Source of the DNA: Bacteroidota bacterium
GTDB taxonomy: Bacteria > Bacteroidota > Bacteroidia > Bacteroidales > B39-G9
Assembly: GCA_015222055.1 (NCBI GenBank)
Contig: JADFUR010000008.1
Span: 26,056 to 90,055 of the forward strand
DNA length: 64,000 nt
Direction of reading: 5' to 3'
Shown piece by piece: positions 19,403 to 29,882 of the stretch. A program made the translations under genes and the position numbers. How positions within the stretch are numbered: position 1 is the first letter of the stretch; every line of letters begins with the position of its first letter. Under the pieces are notes generated by a model. It did not search any database. It had not been told where the DNA came from and saw only the letters and a program-made list of their open reading frames with translations.

Positions 19403-20884
19403 CTAATCAACGTTATCAAAGAGGTATGAATTATTATGATTTATGTTTACATTTTCTCCACTTTCATCGTCAGACAATGTAAATTTTGAAACCTCGGTGC
19501 TATCTTCTGAGGATAAACTAAAATTTTCTAAATCAATTTCTTTTCGTTTATATGCAGGCACTTCCTCAAATTCATCAATATTGCTATTTCTAAAATTACT
19601 ATATCTGCTTTGATTTCTGTTTAAATTATTAATCTTTTCTTGTTGAATTTTAGCTCTGTTAACATTTATAGTTGTTTCCTTAGCCCTGTCATTATTGGAG
19701 GGTTCTTGTCCAATATATTTATCCTCTAATTCAAATTTTTCAACTTCAGAGTTTCTATTAAAATCAATTTTCTTTTGCGATGATGCGAAATGTTTTTTAT
19801 TTTTTAAAACTTTATTTTCAACCTCAAATGTTACATTAGAACTTAAATCTTCTTCGAGGGAAATTTTTTCTTTCTTTTCAACTTTATTTAAAGCAAATTC
19901 GGGAATTGTTTCCGTATTGAATCCTGTAGCAATAATTGTAACCGAGATATTTCGCCCAAGTGTATCGTCAATAGTATTACCCCAAATAATATCAGCATCT
20001 AAACCAGAAGCATCTTGCAAATAATCTGTTATTTGACCAATTTCATCCACTCTAATCTCATCATCTTTTCCCGAACGAATATTCAACAAAATATTTTTCG
20101 CCCCTCTAATGTCATTATCATTCAAAAGGGGTGAATTTAAAGCTTCCTGAATAACACTCAGTGCCCTGTCATCACCTTCGGCAACGGCAGAACCCATTAA
20201 TGCTACGCCACTATTACTCATAACAGTTTGCACATCAGCAAAATCAACATTAATATTTCCCGAGACAGTTATTATCTCAGCAATACCTTTAGCCGCAATT
20301 GTTAATACATTATCAGCATTTGAAAAAGCTTCTGAGAATGGTAAATTTCCATATATTTGACGTAATTTTTCATTATTGATTATCAGCAAAGAATCTACGT
20401 ATTCTTTCAGTTCTGCTATTCCTTCAATAGCTTGATTAATTCTTCTTCTACCTTCAAATTGAAAAGGAATTGTTACAATCGCAACAGTTAAAATATTTTT
20501 TTCTTTGGCCTCTTTAGCAATAATTGGAGCGGCACCTGTACCTGTACCACCGCCCATACCAGCAGTAATAAAAACCATTTTCGTATTATGAGATAACAAT
20601 TCTGCTATGCTATCAAGACTTTCAATTGCAGCTTGCCTTCCCATTTCGGGGTTATTTCCGGCACCACGCCCCTGTGTTAAAGTTTCACCAAGCTGTATTT
20701 TTATGGGAATCGGACTTCTTGCTAAATCTTGTGCATCAGTATTACACACTACAAAATTAACATCGGTTATTCCTTTTCCATACATATAATTAATAGCATT
20801 ACTCCCACCACCTCCTATTCCAATAACTTTTATTATTGAAGATTTTTCTTGTGGTAAATCGAAATTTATCATATCTTCTAACAT
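19403..20884 (-). CDS. ftsZ: Cell division GTPase FtsZ
   Basis: VIGIGGGGSNAINYM and the tubulin signature GGGTGTGAAPIIA, followed by a long low-complexity C-terminal linker. Confidence 0.97.
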   Translation of the reverse strand: MLEDMINFDLPQEKSSIIKVIGIGGGGSNAINYMYGKGITDVNFVVCNTDAQDLARSPIPIKIQLGETLTQGRGAGNNPEMGRQAAIESLDSIAELLSHNTKMVFITAGMGGGTGTGAAPIIAKEAKEKNILTVAIVTIPFQFEGRRRINQAIEGIAELKEYVDSLLIINNEKLRQIYGNLPFSEAFSNADNVLTIAAKGIAEIITVSGNINVDFADVQTVMSNSGVALMGSAVAEGDDRALSVIQEALNSPLLNDNDIRGAKNILLNIRSGKDDEIRVDEIGQITDYLQDASGLDADIIWGNTIDDTLGRNISVTIIATGFNTETIPEFALNKVEKKEKISLEEDLSSNVTFEVENKVLKNKKHFASSQKKIDFNRNSEVEKFELEDKYIGQEPSNNDRAKETTINVNRAKIQQEKINNLNRNQSRYSNFRNSNIDEFEEVPAYKRKEIDLENFSLSSEDSTEVSKFTLSDDESGENVNINHNNSYLFDNVD

Positions 20885-20934
20885 AACGATATATTATTAA
20901 ATTGCTAATTCTTAAGTCTAAATTCTTATTTAAA

Positions 20935-22245
20935 TTACATCTTTCCATCATCTACCTCAAACATATCACTAAATTTTTCGAGGAATCCATTCAGTCTTTT
21001 TTTCTTTTTTCCTTGCTTATTTTCAACGTTTTCTTCCAAAGGAATATCAACGTCCTCATTTTTTTCACTAGAAATATTTTTTTGAAGTTCAAGGTCATCA
21101 TAACCTTTTAAAATAAGGCCTATAGCTGTAGAATATCTTGGTTGGTTAATATCATCAACCACATTACTTGTTAAGTACTCATTTGGGAAACCAATGCGAA
21201 CATCCAATCCCGTTTTGTATGCAACTAATTGAGGTAAATTCTTCAATAAAGCCCCACCACCTGTTATTACAATACCTGCTCCTAATTTGTCGGCAAATCC
21301 GGATGTCTCAATTTCAAAATAAATTTCAGCAATTATCTCCTCCATTCTTGATTGAATAATATGTGCCAAACTTTTAAAAGAAATCTCTTTGCTTTGTCGT
21401 CCGCTAATACCCGGAATTGTAACAACTTTATTCTCTTGAGCTTCATCAGCAAGAGCTGAGCCAAATTTTATTTTTAAAGCCTCAGCCTGACGTTCCAGTA
21501 TTGAGCAACCTATCTTAATGTCGTTAGTAATTATATTCCCTCCAAAAGGAATAACAGAAGTATGTCGAATAATACCATCGTAAAAAACAGCGACATCAGT
21601 TGTTCCTCCGCCAATATCTACTATAGCAACTCCTACTTCTTTTTCGTCTTCGGTTAATACTGCATTAGAAGAAGCTAAAGGTTCAAGAATCATTTTATTT
21701 ACATTTAAACCTGCTCTGTTAATACATTTTTTTATATTGTTTCCTGCAGCAGTTTGACCAATAACAATATGAAAATTTGCTTCAAGTCTCTTTCCAAACA
21801 TTCCCACAGGACTTCTTACTCCAGTTTCATTATCGACAATAAAATTTTGGGGTAAAACATGAATTATTTCTTCACCTACATCAATAGGTATTCTATACAT
21901 ATCGTCAATTAAATTTTGAACATCGTCGGGAGAAATTTCTTCATCGTAAGTTTCTCTGTTAATATAACCTCGGTTTCTTATACTTCGAATATGTTGACCT
22001 GCAATGCCAACAAAAGCATTGCTGATTTTGCATTCAGAATTTTTCTCAGCATGTTTAACAGCCTCAATAATTGAGCAAACTGTTTTCTCTATATTAAGCA
22101 CAACGCCCCTCTTAACTCCGCTTGAAGGTGCATTACCTAAGCCCAAAATTTCTAATTTACCATTATTATTTTTTTTACCAATTATGGCTACAATTTTTGT
22201 TGTACCAATATCAACAGCAGCAATAAAATTTTCTTTTAGGCTCAT
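20935..22245 (-). CDS. ftsA: Cell division protein FtsA
   Basis: Actin-fold motifs VDIGTTKIVAIIG and VDIGGGTTDVAVF. Length is 436 aa. Confidence 0.95.
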   Translation of the reverse strand: MSLKENFIAAVDIGTTKIVAIIGKKNNNGKLEILGLGNAPSSGVKRGVVLNIEKTVCSIIEAVKHAEKNSECKISNAFVGIAGQHIRSIRNRGYINRETYDEEISPDDVQNLIDDMYRIPIDVGEEIIHVLPQNFIVDNETGVRSPVGMFGKRLEANFHIVIGQTAAGNNIKKCINRAGLNVNKMILEPLASSNAVLTEDEKEVGVAIVDIGGGTTDVAVFYDGIIRHTSVIPFGGNIITNDIKIGCSILERQAEALKIKFGSALADEAQENKVVTIPGISGRQSKEISFKSLAHIIQSRMEEIIAEIYFEIETSGFADKLGAGIVITGGGALLKNLPQLVAYKTGLDVRIGFPNEYLTSNVVDDINQPRYSTAIGLILKGYDDLELQKNISSEKNEDVDIPLEENVENKQGKKKKRLNGFLEKFSDMFEVDDGKM

Positions 22246-22249
22246 ATAC

Positions 22250-23050
22250 TTATCTTTTTGTACAAATAATTTGATTGTTATATTTTAAATTTATTGTTTT
22301 ATATTTATTCCATCCAAGCTGCGAAAACCCTTTTTTATAGAGAGCTTTTAACTTAACGAATTTCTCGTTTAAATTTTCAACACCTCCAAACAAAATAGTC
22401 TGCGATCCAACTCTTGGAATTAATTCATACTCGTTATTCCTTATATAAATTTGCTCAATTTGGGACTTCCAAAACTCATCATCATTAATAAATTTTGCAA
22501 TATTATAAATATCACACAAAATACAATGTCGATTTAATTCATCATTTTTTGATGTAGAAATAATGTCAGTAGAATAATTTCTCTTATATGGCTCATTAAT
22601 ATCACCATTTGCAACTAATACACGTGCTGTGTAATTATTTGAGAGTGGCATTAGAGCACCTTGTTCATCAATATAATAACTTTCATTGTTAAAATTAATT
22701 ATTCTAACAATTGGTGTTCGCTGTTCAATATCAATTTTCAAAATACCATTTATTGTTCGATAAACTTCCGATTTTTTTATTGAAGGATTATTATTAATTA
22801 AGTCCTCTAAATTAGCTAAATTAATACTATCAATAGGATAGCCCAACACTTTGCCTCCTTTATCATAAATCATAGAAATCACATCATCTTCTTCAATAAA
22901 AAGGTTCTGTGAATTATCAATAATAGCTACAACAACAGAACTGCAAGGGATTTGTGCTTCTTTTTCTGACACAAAACTTAATGCAATTACCATATATATA
23001 ATTATTGATAACCAAGTTATTATTTCTTTTATTTTTTTAAATCGTTTCAT
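22250..23050 (-). CDS. ftsQ: Cell division protein FtsQ (TM anchor plus POTRA)
   Basis: N-terminal TM segment WLSIIIYMVIALSFV, about 266 aa, located between murC and ftsA. Confidence 0.8.
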   Translation of the reverse strand: MKRFKKIKEIITWLSIIIYMVIALSFVSEKEAQIPCSSVVVAIIDNSQNLFIEEDDVISMIYDKGGKVLGYPIDSINLANLEDLINNNPSIKKSEVYRTINGILKIDIEQRTPIVRIINFNNESYYIDEQGALMPLSNNYTARVLVANGDINEPYKRNYSTDIISTSKNDELNRHCILCDIYNIAKFINDDEFWKSQIEQIYIRNNEYELIPRVGSQTILFGGVENLNEKFVKLKALYKKGFSQLGWNKYKTINLKYNNQIICTKR

Positions 23051-23116
23051 TTATTATCTACAAAAAAACCAAAATATAAAAATAGATTCTCTAAATTATT
23101 AAATTAAACATAATCG

Positions 23117-24493
23117 CTAAATTTCCAAGTATTTCTTAATAGGTTTTACTAACCTGCCGATATCTCCTGCTCCGAGTGTTAGCAAAACCTCTATATCTAT
23201 TTTTTTTAAAATATTTATTAATTCGCTTTTTGAACATAAAACTTTATTCTCAATATTAACTTTATCAAAAATAATTTGTGAACTAACACCCTCAATAGGC
23301 ATTTCGCGAGCCGGATAAATATCAAGTAAAATTAAACAATCGAGCAAATCTAAACTTTTAGCAAAATCAATTGCGAAATCTCGTGTTCTTGAATACAAAT
23401 GCGGTTGAAAAATTCCCGTTATTTTTTTATTCGGGTATAATTCTCTCGTGGAGGAAATAGCTGCTTTTAATTCGTTAGGATGATGAGCATAATCGTCGAT
23501 GTATACTAAATTATTTGTTTTAACAATATAATTAAAACGGCGCATTACTCCTTTTGAGGAGCTTAATGCATCTCTAAGACACTGTTCTTCTATTCCCAAC
23601 AAATAAGTAACTGCAAAAGCCGCTATTGAATTTTCAACATTAAACAAACCAGGCAAACCTATCTCAACTTTCTCAAAAACTTTCTCTGGTGTTACAATAT
23701 CTACATAATAAATACCATTGCTTAGATTAATTTTATTTGCATAAAAATCAGATTTCTCCCTTAATGAATATGTGTATTTTTTTACTCCTTTGTTTAAGTC
23801 ATAATTTATGTCAATGCTTTTTTTAATCAATAATTTCCCATTTGGTTTTATTTGCTTAATAAATTGAGCAAATGATTTTTTCAAATTTTCCTCATTTCCA
23901 TAAATATCGAGATGATCGGCATCGACTGATGTTACAACAGCAAAATAAGGTAATAATTGAAGAAATGATTTATCGAACTCATCGGCCTCAACTACTACTA
24001 GATTACTTTTTTTTGACAATAATAAATTGCTTTTGTAATTATTTGAGATACCTCCTAAAAAAGCACTGCAATCAAATTTCGATTGTTTAAGAATATGTGC
24101 AATCAAAGCAGAGACTGTTGTTTTTCCGTGAGTTCCCGCAACTGCAACGCCTTGTTTGTCATTTGAAATTAATCCAAGAACTTTTGAACGTTTGTATAAC
24201 TGAAAATTATTTGCTTTAAAATAATTATACTCAATATGATTTTTTGGAATAGCAGGTGTATATATTATTAATGTACTATTATTGTCTTTCGTAAATAATT
24301 TTGGAATATTATCAATATTATCATTAAAATGGATATTAATACCTTCATTTATTAACTCCTCGGTTAATGGTGATTGTGTTTTGTCGTAGCCTGCAACATT
24401 TAAGTTTAACGACTTAAAATATCTCGCAATGGCACTCATACCGATTCCGCCAATACCAATTAGATAAACGTTATGTAAATTTTTAATGTCCAT
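23117..24493 (-). CDS. murC: UDP-N-acetylmuramate--L-alanine ligase
   Basis: IGIGGIGMSAIARY and the Mur ligase P-loop AGTHGKTTVSA. Confidence 0.95.
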   Translation of the reverse strand: MDIKNLHNVYLIGIGGIGMSAIARYFKSLNLNVAGYDKTQSPLTEELINEGINIHFNDNIDNIPKLFTKDNNSTLIIYTPAIPKNHIEYNYFKANNFQLYKRSKVLGLISNDKQGVAVAGTHGKTTVSALIAHILKQSKFDCSAFLGGISNNYKSNLLLSKKSNLVVVEADEFDKSFLQLLPYFAVVTSVDADHLDIYGNEENLKKSFAQFIKQIKPNGKLLIKKSIDINYDLNKGVKKYTYSLREKSDFYANKINLSNGIYYVDIVTPEKVFEKVEIGLPGLFNVENSIAAFAVTYLLGIEEQCLRDALSSSKGVMRRFNYIVKTNNLVYIDDYAHHPNELKAAISSTRELYPNKKITGIFQPHLYSRTRDFAIDFAKSLDLLDCLILLDIYPAREMPIEGVSSQIIFDKVNIENKVLCSKSELINILKKIDIEVLLTLGAGDIGRLVKPIKKYLEI

Positions 24494-24502
24494 TTACAAT
24501 TA

Positions 24503-25609
24503 TTAAATCATTTTTAAAATTTCATTTGCAATAATCTCATCAGAATTAATCACCGCTAATTTTGAAATATTTTCTGATAGATTTTTCATTTTTTCCGTAT
24601 CATTAAATAAACTCAATACTTCTTCAACAAGCATATCTTTTGCTTGATTATCTTTAATTAATAAAGCTGCATTTTTATTTACCAGAGCAATTGCATTTTT
24701 TGTTTGATGGTCTTCAGCAACATTTGGTGAAGGAATTAATATCACAGGTTTCTTCACTAAACATAATTCAGAAATGGTTCCTGCACCAGCTCTAGAAATA
24801 ATAACATCTGCCACAGCATAAGCATAATCCATTCGTGAAATAAAGTCATAAAGTTTAATATTTTTGTCTTTATTATTATACCTCAACAATTCGAATTTAG
24901 CTTTTTCGAAAAAACTTTTTCCTGTTTGCCAAACAATTTGTACTCCGCTTCTAAAAATTTTGTCTAAATCTTTTAAAACACTCTGATTAATAGTTAAAGC
25001 ACCTAGACTACCACCAATTACTAAAACAACTCGTGATTTATTATTTAAATTAAAATATTTAAAAGCCTCTTCTTTTTTATTGTCTATTTCTAATAAATCT
25101 TTTCGGATAGGGTTCCCTGTAAATAATATTTTTTCTTTTGGGAAAAATTTATCCATATTTTGATATGCTACACAAATTTTATCAACTTTTTTTGCAAGCA
25201 ATTTATTAGTTACTCCGGCATATGAATTTTGTTCTTGTATTAATGCAGGAATACCTTTTTTTGACGCAACATAAAGCAAGGGTCCACTTGCATAACCGCC
25301 AACACCAACAGCGACATCGGGCTTAAACGAATTAATTATTTTTCGCGATTTTAATATGCTTATTAATAACTTAAAGAAAAAAGTAATATTTTTAAAAGTA
25401 ATTCGTCGTTGGAATCCACTAATAGGAAGACCAACAATTTTATACCCTGCATCAGGAACTCTTTGCATTTCCATTTTGCTTTTTGCCCCAACAAATAGAA
25501 TATCAACATTTTTATCTATTCTTCTCAAAGCATTAGCAATTGAAATGGCAGGAAAAATATGTCCTCCAGTACCACCACCACTAATTATTATTTTTTTATT
25601 CTTCTTCAT
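24503..25609 (-). CDS. murG: Undecaprenyldiphospho-muramoylpentapeptide beta-N-acetylglucosaminyltransferase
   Basis: SGGGTGGHIFPAISIA. Length is 368 aa. Confidence 0.95.
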   Translation of the reverse strand: MKKNKKIIISGGGTGGHIFPAISIANALRRIDKNVDILFVGAKSKMEMQRVPDAGYKIVGLPISGFQRRITFKNITFFFKLLISILKSRKIINSFKPDVAVGVGGYASGPLLYVASKKGIPALIQEQNSYAGVTNKLLAKKVDKICVAYQNMDKFFPKEKILFTGNPIRKDLLEIDNKKEEAFKYFNLNNKSRVVLVIGGSLGALTINQSVLKDLDKIFRSGVQIVWQTGKSFFEKAKFELLRYNNKDKNIKLYDFISRMDYAYAVADVIISRAGAGTISELCLVKKPVILIPSPNVAEDHQTKNAIALVNKNAALLIKDNQAKDMLVEEVLSLFNDTEKMKNLSENISKLAVINSDEIIANEILKMI

Positions 25610-26756
25610 CAGCTAAAATTAAATCATCGTTTTCGTTAACTGTACGACTAATACTAAGCACAATTCCCATTGCTATGCTTGTAAATATTATTGATGTACC
25701 TCCCATACTTACAAAAGGCAGTGTTTGTCCGGTAACCGGAAAAATATTAACAGCAACTGCCATATTTATCATTGCCTGAAATACAATACTAAATGTTAAG
25801 CCAATAACTAAAAACGCAGGAAAAGTTCTTTCACATTTTTTAAGTATAACTCCTGCTCGATATAATAATATTATATATAATAATAATACAAAAAAACCAC
25901 CGACAAAACCGTATTCTTCAATTATTATTGCATAAATAAAATCTGAATATGGATGCGGTAAAAAATTTCTTTGAGTACTATGCCCGGGTCCTTTTCCAAA
26001 CACACCTCCTGTAACAATAGCTATTTTTGATTGATTAGTTTGATAATTACCATCATTTTCAGTATTGTCTGCAAAACTTTCGATTCTTTTTTTCCAAGTA
26101 CCAACTCTACCATGATTAGGTGAATTAATGGCAATAATAACAAAAATAGAAAAAAATGCTATTCCAATACCAATCACTCCAAATAAATATTTCAAGCTAA
26201 TTCGACCAACAAACATTAATATTAATGATGTTGCAAACAAAATTGCTGCTGTAGAAAAATTTGCGGGTAATATTAAACCACAAACAATAATAATTGGCAA
26301 AACAACTGGTTTAAAAGCCTTCTTGAAATTTTTAATATGTTCTTGTTTATTCGACAATAATCTTGCAATGTAAATAATTAGTGCAAATTTTGCCAAGTCG
26401 GAAGTTTGAAAAGACAAACCTATTCCAGGTAATGTTATCCAACGCGATGCTTGATTAAGACTTATACCTTTAAACAAAGTAAACACTAATAATGGAATTG
26501 TAATGTATAATAATAGTTTCGATATTAAATAATAATATTTATATGAAATTGTATGAAACAAATAAGTAATTCCTAATCCAAAAATTAAAAAGACAGTGTG
26601 TCTAAGAAAATAATAAGTTGTATTACCCCCCATTTTTCTATACGCAAGAGTTCCTGTTGAACTATACACAGCTAATATAGAAAAAATACTCAATATGAAT
26701 ATCACTACCCATATTACAGCATCACCCTTAAAATATTTAGAGAGTTTTTCTTTCAT
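25596..26756 (-). CDS. ftsW: SEDS-family peptidoglycan polymerase FtsW
   Basis: A polytopic protein with ..TGQTLPFVSMGGTSIIF.. near the C-terminus, in the dcw position. Confidence 0.9.
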   Translation of the reverse strand: MKEKLSKYFKGDAVIWVVIFILSIFSILAVYSSTGTLAYRKMGGNTTYYFLRHTVFLIFGLGITYLFHTISYKYYYLISKLLLYITIPLLVFTLFKGISLNQASRWITLPGIGLSFQTSDLAKFALIIYIARLLSNKQEHIKNFKKAFKPVVLPIIIVCGLILPANFSTAAILFATSLILMFVGRISLKYLFGVIGIGIAFFSIFVIIAINSPNHGRVGTWKKRIESFADNTENDGNYQTNQSKIAIVTGGVFGKGPGHSTQRNFLPHPYSDFIYAIIIEEYGFVGGFFVLLLYIILLYRAGVILKKCERTFPAFLVIGLTFSIVFQAMINMAVAVNIFPVTGQTLPFVSMGGTSIIFTSIAMGIVLSISRTVNENDDLILADEEE

Positions 26757-26824
26757 CTACTCAAATTATATAAAATTTCTCGATCAATTTATATATACAA
26801 AAAAATTATTATTTCAAATAAATA

Positions 26825-28174
26825 TTACAAATCCCTTACGGAATTTTTAAATTTTCGTCCTCGATCTTCATAATTCTCAAACAAATCGAAACTAGCACAA
26901 GAAGGCGACAACAACACAACCTCACCTTTTTCTGCAAGATAATATGAAGCACTAACAGCCTCCTCAATTGAATAAGTATCAACAATTATCTCCGAAAAAT
27001 CAGCAAAAGCTTTATGTATCTTTTGGTTGTCTTTACCAAGACAAACAATTGCTTTTACTTTATTTCTAACCAATTCTGATAAGATAGAATAATCATTACC
27101 TTTATCGATTCCTCCAACAATCCAAACTATTGGTTTTGTCATTGTTTCAAGTGCATACCATGTTGAATTTACATTAGTAGCTTTAGAATCGTTAATAAAT
27201 TCTATACCATGAACCTTAATAACAGGTTCTAACCTATGTTCAACGCCTTGAAAATCAGATAAACTTTCTCGAATAATTTCTTTCCTTATTTTCAACACTT
27301 TCCCGGATAATCCGGCAGCCATTGAATTATAAGTATTATGTTTCCCTTGTAAAGCCAAATCTTGTATTGACATGATAAAATTACTTTTTGCCATATTAAT
27401 TATAATATTATTATTTTCAACATAAGCACCATTACTTTCTTTATTACTAAAAGAAAATGGTAGTATATTTGTATTTATATTTCGACTATTTAATCCGTTA
27501 ATAACAACCTCATCATCAGAACAATAAATTAAATAATCATTTAAAGTAAGATTTTGTGTAATTCGAAATTTTGAATTAACATAATTTTGAAACACATTAT
27601 CGTACCTATTAAGATGATCGGGTGTAATATTCATTATTATTGCAATGTCAGGTTTAAATTCATATATTCCGTCAAGCTGAAAACTGCTTAACTCAATAAC
27701 ATAATAATCAAATGAATTTTGAGCAACCTGTAATGCAAAACTTTTACCAATGTTTCCTGCCACTCCAACATTGAACCCTGCTTTTTTCAACAAATGATAA
27801 ATCATTAATGTTGTTGTAGTCTTACCATTGCTACCTGTTATACAAATCATTTTAGCATTAGTATAAACACCAGCAAATTCAATCTCTGAAATTATTTTTA
27901 TCTTCTTCTCAATAATCTTTTTTACTACTGGGACACTATCCGGTATGCCCGGACTCTTAATAATTAAATCCGCATTAAAAATTAAGTTTTCTGAATGCCC
28001 GCCTTCTTCCCATTCAATATTATATTCAATAAGAGTATCTTTATACTTTTGTTTAATGCTTCCATTATCAGAAACAAAGACATCAAAATTTTTTGATTTT
28101 GCTAATATAGCAGAACCAACACCACTTTCCCCAGCTCCTAATATTACAATTCTTTGTTTATTCATCTTTAGCAA
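26825..28174 (-). CDS. murD: UDP-N-acetylmuramoylalanine--D-glutamate ligase
   Basis: ILGAGESGVGSA and ITGSNGKTTTT. The start could instead be the Met 3 codons downstream. Confidence 0.95.
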   Translation of the reverse strand: MLKMNKQRIVILGAGESGVGSAILAKSKNFDVFVSDNGSIKQKYKDTLIEYNIEWEEGGHSENLIFNADLIIKSPGIPDSVPVVKKIIEKKIKIISEIEFAGVYTNAKMICITGSNGKTTTTLMIYHLLKKAGFNVGVAGNIGKSFALQVAQNSFDYYVIELSSFQLDGIYEFKPDIAIIMNITPDHLNRYDNVFQNYVNSKFRITQNLTLNDYLIYCSDDEVVINGLNSRNINTNILPFSFSNKESNGAYVENNNIIINMAKSNFIMSIQDLALQGKHNTYNSMAAGLSGKVLKIRKEIIRESLSDFQGVEHRLEPVIKVHGIEFINDSKATNVNSTWYALETMTKPIVWIVGGIDKGNDYSILSELVRNKVKAIVCLGKDNQKIHKAFADFSEIIVDTYSIEEAVSASYYLAEKGEVVLLSPSCASFDLFENYEDRGRKFKNSVRDL

Positions 28175-28179
28175 AAAAA

Positions 28180-29427
28180 TTATCTAATTTTTAAAGTAAC
28201 AATAGTAATAACAGCAAGCAAAATACCTATTATCCAAAAACGAGTAACAATTTTCGATTCATGATACCCTAATTTTTGATAATGATGATGCAAAGGTGCC
28301 ATTAAAAAAATACGTTTACCTTTTCCGCTTTTTCTTTTTGTGTGTTTAAAATATCCAACTTGTAATATAACAGACAAACTCTCAACAAAAAAAACTCCAC
28401 ATAAAATTGGGATAAGTAATTCTTTATGTATAATAATTGCAAAAACAGCAATAACACCACCAATTGACAAACTACCAGTATCGCCCATAAAAACTTGAGC
28501 CGGATATGAATTATACCACAAAAATCCTATAGTAGCACCTATAAAAGCACTTGAAAAAACAACCAATTCACCGGTATTTGGAATATACATAATGTTTAAA
28601 TATTCCGAATAAATAACATGACCAGACAGATACGCAAGTATAGCCAAAGTAAAGCCAATAATAGCAGACGAACCTGTTGCTAATCCATCGAGGCCATCGG
28701 CCATATTAGCACTATTTGAAACTGCAGTAATAATAAAAATAACAGCAATTACAAAAACAAGCCAAGCCCATCTTTGTGAAGCTTCTTTGCCTAAAAAGGA
28801 AACCAAATTTGCATAATCACCTTCATTATGTTTAAAAAATGGTATTGTTGTTTTTGTCGATTTAATATCTCGAGTAACAAATTTCACATTTTTATTAACA
28901 TTGCTAACTCCCTCTACTATCTGACTAGTTGGTGTTTCAAGCTTAACTTTTTCTCTAATTACGATATCATCGTTGAGATAAAGAGTTAATGCAACAATAA
29001 CTCCTAAACTAATTTGTCCCAAAATTTTGAATCTGCCTGCTAATCCCTCTTTATTTTTCTTAAACACTTTAATATAATCATCGACAAAACCAATAAAACC
29101 AAGCCATACTGTTGTAATAATCATTAAAATAATATAAATATTATCTAATTTGGCAAACAATAAAGTTGGGATTAAAATTGAAGCAATAATTATTATTCCT
29201 CCCATAGTAGGAGTTCCTTTTTTTTGCATTTGTCCTTCAAGGCCTAAATCACGAATTGTTTCACCAATTTGTTGTCTTTGTAGTAATCGAATAATCTTCT
29301 TACCATATACTAAAGAAATTATTAATGAAGTAATAATTGCCAATGCCGAACGAAATGAAATATATTGGAACATTCCTGCACCAGGAAAATCCAACTCATT
29401 TAAATAATCGAAAATATAATAAAACAT
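28180..29427 (-). CDS. mraY: Phospho-N-acetylmuramoyl-pentapeptide transferase
   Basis: FVDDYIKV and [15 protein letters not shown], in a polytopic protein. Confidence 0.95.
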   Translation of the reverse strand: MFYYIFDYLNELDFPGAGMFQYISFRSALAIITSLIISLVYGKKIIRLLQRQQIGETIRDLGLEGQMQKKGTPTMGGIIIIASILIPTLLFAKLDNIYIILMIITTVWLGFIGFVDDYIKVFKKNKEGLAGRFKILGQISLGVIVALTLYLNDDIVIREKVKLETPTSQIVEGVSNVNKNVKFVTRDIKSTKTTIPFFKHNEGDYANLVSFLGKEASQRWAWLVFVIAVIFIITAVSNSANMADGLDGLATGSSAIIGFTLAILAYLSGHVIYSEYLNIMYIPNTGELVVFSSAFIGATIGFLWYNSYPAQVFMGDTGSLSIGGVIAVFAIIIHKELLIPILCGVFFVESLSVILQVGYFKHTKRKSGKGKRIFLMAPLHHHYQKLGYHESKIVTRFWIIGILLAVITIVTLKIR

Positions 29428-29447
29428 AAATCTTTATTGTTACATTA

Positions 29448-29463
29448 TTAAATTGTTAAATTG
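29448..29463. repeat. Inverted-repeat arm TTAAATTGTTAAATTG downstream of the four-helix-bundle gene
   Basis: Its reverse complement CAATTTAACAATTTAA matches TTAACAATTTAA (29870-29881, 12/12) and CAATTTAAC (29858-29866, 9/9) on the other side of the gene. Confidence 0.6.
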
Positions 29464-29471
29464 CTTCATTG

Positions 29472-29849
29472 CTATATTGTTAATTTTTCATTCGTAAATT
29501 TTATCAATGAATTCAATTCCTTAGGAAGAAGTTTTAGTTCTTTCAAAATATGATTATATTCATCTTCTGTAAGCAATTTTCTAATTTTCGATTTTTCATT
29601 CCAATCAAAAGATTCCCAAACAGATCCCATACTATACCTATAAAACTTAATTTTATCTTTTTTACCATATCGTCCAAAACCTTCAGATATATTTGCAGGA
29701 ATTGAATCGGCTGCTCTTACAAATTGTTTTCCAACTGTATCTTTTGCAAACCATTCCCATTTTACAACGATATTCCAAACATAATTGGATAAACTAAATG
29801 CAATTTTATAAACATTTACATCATTTAACTTTAAATATTTTTTATCCAT
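29472..29849 (-). CDS. Four-helix-bundle protein (23S rRNA intervening-sequence protein / Avd-like family)
   Basis: 125 aa. ..VYKIAFSLSNYVWNIV..GKQFVRAADSIPANISEGFGRY..KFYRYSMGSVWES.. is the characteristic motif set of this family. Confidence 0.85.
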   Translation of the reverse strand: MDKKYLKLNDVNVYKIAFSLSNYVWNIVVKWEWFAKDTVGKQFVRAADSIPANISEGFGRYGKKDKIKFYRYSMGSVWESFDWNEKSKIRKLLTEDEYNHILKELKLLPKELNSLIKFTNEKLTI

Positions 29850-29857
29850 TTACACAA

Positions 29858-29882
29858 CAATTTAACATATTAACAATTTAAC
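29858..29882. repeat. Inverted-repeat arm(s) upstream of the four-helix-bundle gene, overlapping the murE stop
   Basis: Read on the minus strand, GTTAAATTGTT occurs twice in tandem (the end of murE ..AATGTGTTAAATTGTTAA, then tatGTTAAATTGTTg). It is complementary to the arm at 29448-29463. Confidence 0.6.
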